Program-made: the position numbers and the translations under genes | Shown here: positions 5,589-14,215 of the stretch, in pieces | Layout: each line of letters begins with the position of its first letter | Position numbering within the stretch: position 1 is the first letter of the stretch | Notes under the pieces: model-generated | What the model saw: only the letters and a program-made list of their open reading frames with translations | Database searches by the model: none | Told to the model about the DNA's origin: nothing | Origin: Promethearchaeota archaeon | Lineage (GTDB): Archaea > Asgardarchaeota > Odinarchaeia > Odinarchaeales > JBHLKK01 | Direction: 5' to 3' | Length of the DNA stretch: 15,180 bases | Assembly (NCBI GenBank): GCA_048939465.1 | Contig: JBHLPL010000042.1 | Span: 1-15,180, forward strand

Positions 5589-6317
5589 TCAGTATTCTTC
5601 TACACGGAAATAATACTCATCTGGAAGCTCCTTCTTTTCCTTCCAAGGTCCTCTCCCGGTCAGCTTGAAAATAAGGGTAAACGCTGCTCCTGCAATGAAT
5701 CCCCCTACGTGAGCTGTGTTTGCTATTGAAACGGAGAGACCAAGAGTTATTGAAAATATGGAATACATGACTTCGATTGCTACCAAGAAGGCCACCGCAG
5801 CGAGTGCAGGTAGTTGCACAGGGTAATAATACATGAACATCATGAGTCTCCTTTTCGGAAATGCGAGCGCGTAGGCTGCCATAACTCCGAATATGGCACC
5901 GGAGGCTCCTATAGTCGGGATATTTGCCATACCAGGCAGGAATAATACAGTTATCGCCGAATGAAACAGACCGGCTATGATCCCGCAGAATAGGTAGAAG
6001 GTGAGAAACAGGGGCGATCCAAAGATCCCTTCGGCATCATCCCCAAAGATGAATAGAATGTACATATTCATGAAGATATGAAGCAGCCCGTAGTAGCCCT
6101 CGTAAATACCAGCATGAAGAAACATGGATGAGAGCAGTGTAATTAGGTTTTGCCCACTCATTATCTCCGCAGGTCTAAGGCCGTAGTTATTCACCGCGAA
6201 AAGATAGGTACCAAGATCTAGGTTTTCAAAAATGTACACTATTATGTTAATCAAGATAATTGAGTACGTAACAATAGGTCTTATTTTCTTACGTCCAGGC
6301 TCCGCTTCAAATATCAC
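5589..6317 (-). CDS. Rhomboid intramembrane serine protease, catalytically intact
   Basis: SMFLH, HIFMN oxyanion motif, GASG (Ser codon 5901-5903), AHVGG (His codon 5709-5711). GTG start. Confidence 0.93.
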   Translation of the reverse strand: MIFEAEPGRKKIRPIVTYSIILINIIVYIFENLDLGTYLFAVNNYGLRPAEIMSGQNLITLLSSMFLHAGIYEGYYGLLHIFMNMYILFIFGDDAEGIFGSPLFLTFYLFCGIIAGLFHSAITVLFLPGMANIPTIGASGAIFGVMAAYALAFPKRRLMMFMYYYPVQLPALAAVAFLVAIEVMYSIFSITLGLSVSIANTAHVGGFIAGAAFTLIFKLTGRGPWKEKKELPDEYYFRVEEY

Positions 6318-6340
6318 CTTTCATACACCTGCGGGAATCA

Positions 6341-6389
6341 CTTTCCAAATGTTTGGAAGGTTATTATTTCTGCCCTATTTAAACTTTTT
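6341..6389 (-). promoter_or_regulatory. BRE/TATA promoter of the rhomboid pair with a palindrome at the predicted start site
   Basis: Minus strand AAAAAG (6384-6389) followed by TTTAAATA (6376-6383). The near-perfect palindrome CTTTCCAAATGTTTGGAAGG lies at 6341-6360. Confidence 0.6.
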
Positions 6390-6408
6390 AAGCCATTGAA
6401 TTTGTACT

Positions 6409-8232
6409 TCAGAGCACGGTTACGGATTTAGCAAGATTCCTGGGTTGATCGGGGTCATGCCCTCTCAGCACTGCCGCATAATAAGCAAGCAGCTGCAGAG
6501 GAACAACATAAGGTATCGGGGCTAATGTTTCTGGAACTGCCTTTGGTATATTAAATACCGTGTCTGCTATACCTGCCACTTCTTTGTCACCATGCTCAGC
6601 TACAGCTATTATTCTTGCTCCTCTTGCTTTCATTTCCATGATATTCCCGATAATCTTATGATGGGTTTTATCCGGAGGAGTTACGAAGACGACAGGAAAC
6701 CCTGTCTCCACAAGAGCTATTGGACCATGTTTGGATTCTCCGGCTGGATAACCCTCTGCATGAATGTAAGAGATTTCTTTGAGTTTTAAAGCCCCCTCCA
6801 TGGCTGTGGCCATGTTGATTCCTCTTCCAAGGAAGAGGAAGTCAGGACTCTTTGCATATTCCTTTGCAGCCGTTTTGACCGCATTCTCTTCTCTTTTTAT
6901 CACCCTTTGGACGATTTCTGGTAAGCCTTCCAGGCCTCTCATCGACTCTTTAAACTCTGAATCGACTAAAGTCCCCGCGTAATTGGCAAGGTGTAGGCTG
7001 ATGAGTCCCAAGCTGGCCAGTTGAACTAAAAAAGTCTTTGTGGCAGCAACACCTATTTCTGGACCCGCGTGAGTGTAAAACACCTTATCTGCCCTTCTGG
7101 TAATTGAGCTCCCGATGGTATTTGTTACGCAAATTACCTTTGCCCCCGTCTCTCTGGCATGTCTTAGTGCCACAAGAGTATCTGTGGTCTCTCCAGATTG
7201 GCTGACGGCTAACACGACTGAGTTCTCGTTAATTGCTTTCCCAACAGCGTCTGAAAATTCTGAAGATATTACTGCTTGAGCAGGAGTATTTGTCAACTCG
7301 GCAAACATGTATTTGCCAGCTATCCCTGCATGATTTGCTGTCCCTGCGGCGGTAATATAGATATCATTCGCATCGTGTAACATCTTAACGACTTCATTCA
7401 AAGTTTCTCTCTTCGCTCTCAGCGTATCCCTCAGTGCTCTAGGCTGTTCATGAATCTCTTTGAGCATAAAATGCGGAAATCCGCCCTTTTGGGCCATTTC
7501 TACCGTCCATGATACAGCCGAGGGATTTCTTGCAATCGGTTTTTCATCTAAAATGGATTCGATTCTGTAACTGTTAAGCGTAAGTGTAACAACCTCCCCA
7601 TCATGAACGAATACGGCTTTGTTCGTCATCGGCAGAAATGCAGGAATATCAGATGCACAAAACGCCGCTCCATCTTTAACTCCCAGAACCAAAGGACTTT
7701 CGTTTTTAGCGCAAATCAATTTATCGCTTTCGCCAACGTACAGAGTAACTATTGAATAGAAGCCTTCTAATTTCAGCAAAGCCTCCTTGACCGCTGTCTT
7801 TAAATTACATCCCTTTTCAATCGCTTCTTCAATTAGATGGGGGATTACTTCAGTATCTGTTTCAGATCTAAAGCGGTGCCCTCTTTCCTCAAGTTCTCTT
7901 CTCAATTCTGCAAAGTTCTCAATGATTCCATTGTGCACAACTGCGATTTCTTCCGTGCAGTCCACTTGGGGATGCGCATTTTCCCTTGAAGGAGCACCAT
8001 GTGTTGCCCATCTAGTATGTCCAATTCCTATGTTACCTTGCAAACCGTCAAGTTTGAGTCTTGCACTGACTTCATCAATCTTTCCCTTATCCTTTTTGAT
8101 TAAGAGTCTGCCGTTGTGAACAGTGACTAATCCGACGGAGTCGTAGCCGCGGTATTCCAGTCTTTTTAGAGACTCTCTCAGTAGTGCGGCTACTTCCCCT
8201 TCTTCCAGTAGGATTCCAATTATCCCACACAT
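6409..8232 (-). CDS. glmS: Glutamine--fructose-6-phosphate aminotransferase (isomerizing)
   Basis: MCGIIG (Ntn Cys), GHTRWATHG, NAHP, VVHNGIIEN, SETDTEVI, SQSGET, EGALKLKEISYIHAEG, PRNLAKSVTV; 607 aa. Confidence 0.98.
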   Translation of the reverse strand: MCGIIGILLEEGEVAALLRESLKRLEYRGYDSVGLVTVHNGRLLIKKDKGKIDEVSARLKLDGLQGNIGIGHTRWATHGAPSRENAHPQVDCTEEIAVVHNGIIENFAELRRELEERGHRFRSETDTEVIPHLIEEAIEKGCNLKTAVKEALLKLEGFYSIVTLYVGESDKLICAKNESPLVLGVKDGAAFCASDIPAFLPMTNKAVFVHDGEVVTLTLNSYRIESILDEKPIARNPSAVSWTVEMAQKGGFPHFMLKEIHEQPRALRDTLRAKRETLNEVVKMLHDANDIYITAAGTANHAGIAGKYMFAELTNTPAQAVISSEFSDAVGKAINENSVVLAVSQSGETTDTLVALRHARETGAKVICVTNTIGSSITRRADKVFYTHAGPEIGVAATKTFLVQLASLGLISLHLANYAGTLVDSEFKESMRGLEGLPEIVQRVIKREENAVKTAAKEYAKSPDFLFLGRGINMATAMEGALKLKEISYIHAEGYPAGESKHGPIALVETGFPVVFVTPPDKTHHKIIGNIMEMKARGARIIAVAEHGDKEVAGIADTVFNIPKAVPETLAPIPYVVPLQLLAYYAAVLRGHDPDQPRNLAKSVTVL

Positions 8233-8390
8233 GGTTGATGTGGTCTCCAGACATTTGCTTCAGTCTTGTTGATCCTAAATAAGCAACTTAAATAAACCTT
8301 ATTAAGATCCTTTGCTTGAGATTTCTGATATCTTATTAACATCGCCCAACAGTTATTAATTTGTTGGACGCTTCTTAAAATACGTAAAAT

Positions 8391-8405
8391 CACAAAATTT
8401 ATAAA
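8391..8405 (+). promoter_or_regulatory. Candidate BRE/TATA for tuf
   Basis: CACAAAA followed by TTTATAAA (8398-8405), about 83 nt upstream of the tuf ATG; SD GGAGGG at 8473-8478. TTTATAAA is self-complementary, so its direction is inferred. Confidence 0.45.
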
Positions 8406-8487
8406 GTTGGTTTATGCCACTATCTTAGCCAAACAAGTCAAGAACCTCAATAATGAATAAAAAAGAGCTATTGGAGGGAAAAAACTT

Positions 8488-9786
8488 ATGTCTGATAAGA
8501 AGCCCCACCTAAACCTAGTCGTCATCGGCCACGTAGACCATGGCAAAAGTACCCTAATGGGGCACGTGCTTTTCAAAACCGGTGCAGTAACCGATGCTGA
8601 GATGCGCAAGTTAGAATCCCTTGCTACCGAATACGATAAATCAAGCTTCAAGTTCGCATTCGTACTTGACCGTTTAAAGGAAGAACGCGAAAGGGGTCTG
8701 ACTATTGATCTGTTCTACAAGAAATTCGAAACCGAAAAATACTACTTCACGATCATTGATGCTCCTGGGCACAGAGACTTCATCAAGAACATGATTACAG
8801 GTACAAGCCAGGCAGACGGCGCTCTTCTTGTGGTGTCAGCAAAGAAAGGTGAATTCGAAGCAGGAATAGGTCCCGGCGGACAGACTCGTGAGCATGCTTA
8901 TCTAGCTCGTACGCTAGGAGTCGATCAGCTGGTTGTAGCCATAAACAAGATGGATGACCCGTCAGTGAAGTGGGATCAAAAACGATTTGAGCAGGTCAAG
9001 GAAGGCGTTCTAGACATGCTTAAACCCATCTACCAGAAGAAGGTCGAAGATATAAACTTCGTTCCGGTATCTGCATGGACTGGCGATAACTTCACAGAAC
9101 TCAGTGACAAGATGCCCTGGTATAAAGGCCCAACATTAATCGGAGCTCTTGATCTACTGCATGTTCCCGAAAAACCGGTCAAACTGCCTCTCCGTATTCC
9201 AGTTGAAGCTGTATTTACAATAACTGGAGTTGGAACAGTCCCATGCGGTCGAGTCGAAACTGGTGTACTCAAAGTCGGAGACAATCTCATATTTGAACCA
9301 ACAGGAAAATCTGGTGAAGTTAAGACTATCGAGATGCATCACGAATCTCTTCCTTCAGCAGGACCTGGTGACAACATTGGCTTTAACATGCGTGGTCTGA
9401 GCAGAGCCGATATTCGAAGAGGGGATGTGGCTGGTCATTCGACAAAGCCTCCAACAGTCGTAAAGGATTTCACTGGTCGTATCCTTGTTCTGAGTCATCC
9501 AACTGCTATTGCGAAGGGATATACTCCAGTAATTCATGCCCATACTGCCCAGATAGCATGCAAGTTCGAGGAAATAATAAGCAAATTTGATCCGAAAACG
9601 GGAGCAAAAGTCCAGGACAAACCCGACTTCATCAAGACTGGCGATGGAGCTCTAGTCAAAATGGTACCCACAAGACCGATGGTACTTGAGAAGACAAAAG
9701 AAATTCCTCCGCTTGGTCGATTCGCAATCAGAGATATGGGACGGACTGTTGCGGTAGGTGTGGTCGAAGATTTGACGCCCCGTTAA
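8488..9786 (+). CDS. tuf: Translation elongation factor aEF-1alpha
   Basis: GHVDHGKST, ERERGLTID, DAPGHRDF, NKMD, GEFEAG insert, GTVP.GRVETG, PGDNIGFN, LGRFAIRDMG; 432 aa; followed by rps10. Confidence 0.99.
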   Translation: MSDKKPHLNLVVIGHVDHGKSTLMGHVLFKTGAVTDAEMRKLESLATEYDKSSFKFAFVLDRLKEERERGLTIDLFYKKFETEKYYFTIIDAPGHRDFIKNMITGTSQADGALLVVSAKKGEFEAGIGPGGQTREHAYLARTLGVDQLVVAINKMDDPSVKWDQKRFEQVKEGVLDMLKPIYQKKVEDINFVPVSAWTGDNFTELSDKMPWYKGPTLIGALDLLHVPEKPVKLPLRIPVEAVFTITGVGTVPCGRVETGVLKVGDNLIFEPTGKSGEVKTIEMHHESLPSAGPGDNIGFNMRGLSRADIRRGDVAGHSTKPPTVVKDFTGRILVLSHPTAIAKGYTPVIHAHTAQIACKFEEIISKFDPKTGAKVQDKPDFIKTGDGALVKMVPTRPMVLEKTKEIPPLGRFAIRDMGRTVAVGVVEDLTPR

Positions 9787-9800
9787 TAAACTAAACCGTA

Positions 9801-9819
9801 TTTCTTCCTTTGTTTTTTT
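9801..9819 (+). terminator. Possible oligo-T archaeal terminator between tuf and rps10
   Basis: TTTCTTCCTTTGTTTTTTTG about 15 nt after the tuf stop. Archaeal intrinsic terminators are typically oligo-T. Confidence 0.4.
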
Positions 9820-9859
9820 GAAGCAAAGATTCTAAAGCGTATATAATGAGGAAACAGGG

Positions 9860-10168
9860 ATGCCCCAAAAAGCTAGAATCAGAATTTCAAGCACTGATCG
9901 AAAGATGTTAGATGGCGTATGTGGGCAGATTAGTTCAATCACCAAAAGGACAGGTGTGCGCATATCCGGCCCGGTTCCGCTGCCTACGAAGAAACTCAGA
10001 GTTCCTCTACGTAAGACTCCATGTGGCGAAGGAACAGCTACGTGGGAGAAATGGGAATTGCGTATCCATAAAAGACTCATCGATATTGATGCTGATGAGC
10101 GAACCATGCGTCAAATAATGCGCATACGCATTCCGCCGAAGGTTTTTATTGAAGTCGAGCTCCTATGA
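9860..10168 (+). CDS. rps10: 30S ribosomal protein uS10
   Basis: [40 protein letters not shown]; 102 aa; canonical position after tuf. Confidence 0.99.
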   Translation: MPQKARIRISSTDRKMLDGVCGQISSITKRTGVRISGPVPLPTKKLRVPLRKTPCGEGTATWEKWELRIHKRLIDIDADERTMRQIMRIRIPPKVFIEVELL

Positions 10169-10319
10169 GCAGACTCTTATTCATAAAAGAACGCCTCTCT
10201 GTTTCTTGCCCCGAATACATAGGTTAATCTATAATCTTAATAACCATCTGTAGGTAAGATATTACTCCAAAACGTTTCACTGCTCATTGATATTGCAGAT
10301 TGAAGGAGGGATAATAAAC

Positions 10320-12191
10320 ATGGGCATTCCCGTTTTCGCAAAGGATTCTCCAGGCGAGCAAGTTCTTCTGTGGGGGAATGAGGCCATAGCCAGAGGTGCT
10401 ATCGAAGCTGGCGTGAATGTTGCGGCATCTTATCCGGGTACCCCCGCTTCCGAAATTCTGACAAGTCTAGCGAGGGTGGCCAAAGATTTTGACATGTATG
10501 CTGAGTGGTCTACAAATGAGAAAGTTGCCATGGAGGTTGCCATTGGAGCTGCCATTACCGGTTTGAGATCGATGGTTTCTATGAAACATGTCGGGCTCAA
10601 CTGGGCTGCAGATCCGCTTATGTCCCTAAATCAATCTGGCGTCCGCGGTGGCATGGTTATCGTCACAGCTGACGATCCAAGCGCACACAGCTCTCAGAAT
10701 GAACAGGACAACCGATTTTATGCCATGTTTTCTGAGTTGCCAATGTTGGAGCCGGCAGATCCCCAAGAAGCAAAAAACATGACTGCCGAGGCCTTCGACC
10801 TATCGGAAGAGTTAGAACTTCCTGTTATGATTCGGTCAGTAACTAGGTTAAGTCACTCAAGGGGCAACGTTACGTTGGGTCAAATAAGACCAACAAAGCA
10901 GAAGGCCGAATTCGTACGGGATCCCCATAGATGGGTTATGGTCCCCTCTTGGGCTCATCATAGACACAAGTGGCTCCACGAAAAGCAGAAACTAATTCAA
11001 GAGCTAACGCTGGCTCTACCTTACAATGAGCTAAGAATAAGAGGAAAGGAGTTAGGTATCGTTGGATGCGGTTCCGCCTCTAATTATGCGCTAGATGCCT
11101 TGAAGATTCTTGAACTTAACGATAAGGTTTCATACCTCAAAATCGGCGTTGCCAATCCGGCTCCTACTCCTCTAGTAAAGACTTTGCTACAGAGCGTAGA
11201 GAGAGTCCTAGTCTTGGAGGAAGTCGAGCCTTTTGTGGAGAGGAGGCTTAAAGAAATAGCCTATGACTTAAAAGCTAGTGTAGACATAAGGGGTAGACTG
11301 ACCGGTGACTTACCTAGGGAGTGGGAGTTAAACGCTGAGCTGACCGTTTCTGCCATTTCTAAGCTACTGGAACTCGAACAGAATGAAAGCTTCGAGTTGT
11401 CGAAGAGAAGTAGTGATTTGATACCTCCAAGAAGCATTGTAATGTGCCCTGGCTGTCCTCATAGAGCAACCTTTTTTGCAATTCGCCGAGCAATCCGAAA
11501 ACCGATTATTACGGGCGACATAGGATGCTACACTCTTAGTGCGTTTCCGCCGTTGGAGATGCAGGACACCTGCTTCTGCATGGGCGGAAGCATAGGCATT
11601 GGGATCGGTGTGTCCAAAGCGGGGGTTGAAAATCCCGTAATCGCAACCTTGGGAGACTCTACTTTCTTCCACGCAGGAATGCCTGCATTGGTCAATGCAG
11701 TATTTAATAAAGCGAATCTAACGATCATCGTTTTTGATAACCAGACTGTAGCTATGACCGGCTTTCAGCAGAGTCCAAGCGCTGGAAAAACAGCAATGGG
11801 CGAAACCACACACATAATAAGAATCGAGGAGATTGCCAGGGCATCTGGCATAGATTTTGTCGAAGTCATTGATCCTTTTGACATCGAGAAAAGCATCGAA
11901 GTAATTAAGAAAGCGGTAGAACACAATGGTCCCGCTGTTGTGGTTTCTAGAAGACTCTGTGCGTTGCTACAGACCAAAATCGATGAAAGAGAAGGAAAAC
12001 CCAAGGTTCTCTATGCGGTTGATTCCGAAAAATGCACGGGTTGCAAAATCTGTCTACGTGACTTCGGCTGCCCTGCAATAGTGTGGGATGAAGGAATCGA
12101 GAAGACGAATGTTGAGCCGACGCTTTGCGTTGGATGCGGTGTTTGTGCTGAAATCTGTCCGTATCAGGCTTACTCCGAAGTGGAGGATTAG
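10320..12191 (+). CDS. iorA: Indolepyruvate:ferredoxin oxidoreductase alpha subunit
   Basis: GNEAIARGA, YPGTPASE, EWSTNEKVA, MKHVGLN, DDPSAHSSQNEQD, MCPGCPHR, GDIGCY, GDSTFFHAG...N (ThDP motif), and a C-terminal 2x[4Fe-4S] domain (CTGCKIC...CP, CVGCGVCAEICP). Start moved to ATG 10320 because of SD AGGAGGG at 10304-10310. Confidence 0.96.
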   Translation: MGIPVFAKDSPGEQVLLWGNEAIARGAIEAGVNVAASYPGTPASEILTSLARVAKDFDMYAEWSTNEKVAMEVAIGAAITGLRSMVSMKHVGLNWAADPLMSLNQSGVRGGMVIVTADDPSAHSSQNEQDNRFYAMFSELPMLEPADPQEAKNMTAEAFDLSEELELPVMIRSVTRLSHSRGNVTLGQIRPTKQKAEFVRDPHRWVMVPSWAHHRHKWLHEKQKLIQELTLALPYNELRIRGKELGIVGCGSASNYALDALKILELNDKVSYLKIGVANPAPTPLVKTLLQSVERVLVLEEVEPFVERRLKEIAYDLKASVDIRGRLTGDLPREWELNAELTVSAISKLLELEQNESFELSKRSSDLIPPRSIVMCPGCPHRATFFAIRRAIRKPIITGDIGCYTLSAFPPLEMQDTCFCMGGSIGIGIGVSKAGVENPVIATLGDSTFFHAGMPALVNAVFNKANLTIIVFDNQTVAMTGFQQSPSAGKTAMGETTHIIRIEEIARASGIDFVEVIDPFDIEKSIEVIKKAVEHNGPAVVVSRRLCALLQTKIDEREGKPKVLYAVDSEKCTGCKICLRDFGCPAIVWDEGIEKTNVEPTLCVGCGVCAEICPYQAYSEVED

Positions 12192-12197
12192 TACACG

Positions 12198-12842
12198 ATG
12201 TCCCCCGTCAAAAGGCTTGAGGAATTCAATCTGTTAATTGCAGGTGTCGGCGGTCAGGGCATAGTTCTGGCCGCCACAATCTTAGCAAATGCCGCTGTAA
12301 AGAATGGAATAAAGGTGAGGGCGGCTGATACGTTCGGCGCAGCTCAAAGAGGTGGTCCTGTTCTGAGTCACATAAGAATGGGCAGTGAGGTCTACGGACC
12401 TTTAGTTCCTAAAGGACGGTGTGATGTTCTTTTGGGATTTGAGCCTATTGAGGCTCTGAGAGTAGGGGAGGAATATCTATCCTCCAGAAGTTATGTACTG
12501 ATGAACACTAAACCCATCTTCTCAGTTGATGTAACAACAGGAAAAGCGTCCTATCCCCCAATAAGAAAAATCATCGATTCGTTAAGAGATATAACCAAAG
12601 ATGTGGTAACAATAGAAGCGACCAGTCTTGCAGTAAGAACCGGGAACGTTGTAAGTACTAATGTTGTCATGCTTGGAGGATTGTCGGCAAGCGGTAGGAT
12701 TCCTCTGGCGATTGAGGATATTAAAGACTCAATTAAAGAGATCATTCCTAAAGGCAAGCAGAAAATGAACTTGAACGCGTTTGATTTCGGAGTTAAGGCA
12801 ATAAAGGAGAAGTTAGAAGAATCCAAATCAAGAAGACAGTGA
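12198..12842 (+). CDS. iorB: Indolepyruvate:ferredoxin oxidoreductase beta subunit
   Basis: IAGVGGQGIVLA, GAAQRGGPVLSHIRMG, DVLLGFEPIEALR, NVVMLG, NLNAFDFG; 6 nt downstream of iorA. Confidence 0.96.
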   Translation: MSPVKRLEEFNLLIAGVGGQGIVLAATILANAAVKNGIKVRAADTFGAAQRGGPVLSHIRMGSEVYGPLVPKGRCDVLLGFEPIEALRVGEEYLSSRSYVLMNTKPIFSVDVTTGKASYPPIRKIIDSLRDITKDVVTIEATSLAVRTGNVVSTNVVMLGGLSASGRIPLAIEDIKDSIKEIIPKGKQKMNLNAFDFGVKAIKEKLEESKSRRQ

Positions 12843-14209
12843 GAAGATGCTTCTCATCGCTCCACATATGGACAGGAGGGACAAAAACGAAGAAACGAAA
12901 CGATCGGTATTGGGATAAAGAGGTAGAGACGCTTCCTTTGCCAAGATTAAGAGATCTGCAACTCAAGAGATTGAAAAGTATAGTAAAATACGCATACGAA
13001 AATGTTTCCTTGTACAAGAGGAAGTTTGATGAAGCAGATGTAAAACCAGATGAAATCGAGAAGCTTGAGGACATCACAAGACTTCCATTTACTAGAAAGG
13101 AGGAACTGAGAGACAGTTACCCCTTTGGAATGGTCGCAGTACCTTTTGATAAAATAGTCAGGATTCACGCAACTTCGGGTACAACTGGAAAACCGACCGT
13201 CGCATGTTATACCAAAGACGATATTGAGACTTGGACCGACTTAATGGCAAGGTGCATGTATACCGCGGGAGTAAGGCAAGATGATATCGTTCAGAATGCC
13301 TATGGGTACGGGCTATTCACGGGAGCTTTAGGGTTTCACTACGGTGGAGAGAGGATAGGATCGACTATTATACCCACTGGCAGTGGAAACACGCAAAGAC
13401 AATTGATGATAATAAAAGACTTTGGGACGACCGTTCTATGTTCCACCCCATCTTTTGCTGCATACTTGGCAGAAGTTGCGAGAGAGCAGGGTATGATCAT
13501 GAGTGAAGATGCGAGAATAAGACTTGGATTGTTTGGAGCTGAAGCATGGTCTGATGAATTAAGGAAAAGAATAGAACAGGAATACAATATGGCTGCTATT
13601 GACTTCTACGGACTTGCAGAGATAATTGGTCCCGGAGTCTCGGTTGAATGTTACGAAAGAAATGGATTACACCTGTGGTCTGATCATTTCTACGCTGAGA
13701 TAGTCGATCCCGCGACAGGCATTGTGTTGAATCCTGGTGAAAGGGGCGAACTGGTCATAACAACCTTAACAAAAGAGGGCATACCGGTAATAAGGTACAG
13801 AACGAAAGATCTGACAATTATTGATGAAGAAGAATGTAGCTGCGGTAGGACTCATCCGCGTATTGCACGAATACTTGGAAGATCGGATGATATGATAGTC
13901 ATACGAGGGGTAAATGTGTTTCCAAGCCAAATCGAGCACGCATTAATCGGTATAAAGGGTGTTACCTTAAATTATCAGATAGTCCCAAAGAGAGCGGTCA
14001 GATTGGATGTTGAGATATTAGATCATCTTCTTGTGAGAGTTGAGCCTGAAGAAGAAATATGGGAGAATAAGAGGCTGGGGGATGAGCTTAAGAGAGAGAT
14101 CACTGAGGAATTGAAAAGCGCCCTTGGTCTGAGAACGGAAGTTGAGCTAGCTGCTCCTGGTAGTCTTCCCAGATCAACTGGAAAGGCGAAAAGAATCGTT
14201 GAGGAGTAG
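12839..14209 (+). CDS. paaK: Phenylacetate--CoA ligase-like (aryl-acetate CoA ligase, ANL superfamily); start position uncertain
   Basis: RIHATSGTTGKP, AYGYGLFTGALG, GLFGAEAWS, YGLAEIIGPG, LVITTLTKEGIPVIRYRT.D, GRSDDMIVIRGVNVFPSQIE, GKAKRI. The GTG start overlaps the iorB stop (GTGA). Confidence 0.93.
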   Translation: MRRCFSSLHIWTGGTKTKKRNDRYWDKEVETLPLPRLRDLQLKRLKSIVKYAYENVSLYKRKFDEADVKPDEIEKLEDITRLPFTRKEELRDSYPFGMVAVPFDKIVRIHATSGTTGKPTVACYTKDDIETWTDLMARCMYTAGVRQDDIVQNAYGYGLFTGALGFHYGGERIGSTIIPTGSGNTQRQLMIIKDFGTTVLCSTPSFAAYLAEVAREQGMIMSEDARIRLGLFGAEAWSDELRKRIEQEYNMAAIDFYGLAEIIGPGVSVECYERNGLHLWSDHFYAEIVDPATGIVLNPGERGELVITTLTKEGIPVIRYRTKDLTIIDEEECSCGRTHPRIARILGRSDDMIVIRGVNVFPSQIEHALIGIKGVTLNYQIVPKRAVRLDVEILDHLLVRVEPEEEIWENKRLGDELKREITEELKSALGLRTEVELAAPGSLPRSTGKAKRIVEE

Positions 14210-14215
14210 GATTAT

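Noticed and set aside
6409-6426. GlmS ends SVTVL, not SVTVE
   Set aside because: The catalytic Lys of AKSVT is intact and the last residue varies among archaeal GlmS; not considered significant.
6409-8232. Intein in GlmS, or a glmS ribozyme upstream
   Set aside because: Normal length with GHTRWATHG uninterrupted. The upstream spacer is AT-rich with no ribozyme-like structure, and that ribozyme is bacterial.
6592-9543. Small ORFs antisense to glmS and tuf, including 8412-8651
   Set aside because: Shadow ORFs of highly conserved genes.
10169-10319. tRNA-Ser expected after rps10
   Set aside because: No GC-rich cloverleaf or TTCGA T-loop motif is visible.
10287-10319. Longer iorA start at TTG 10287
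   Set aside because: The SD AGGAGGG lies inside this extension and points to ATG 10320.
11364-13587. Minus-strand ORFs within iorA, iorB and paaK
   Set aside because: Antisense shadows with no independent evidence.
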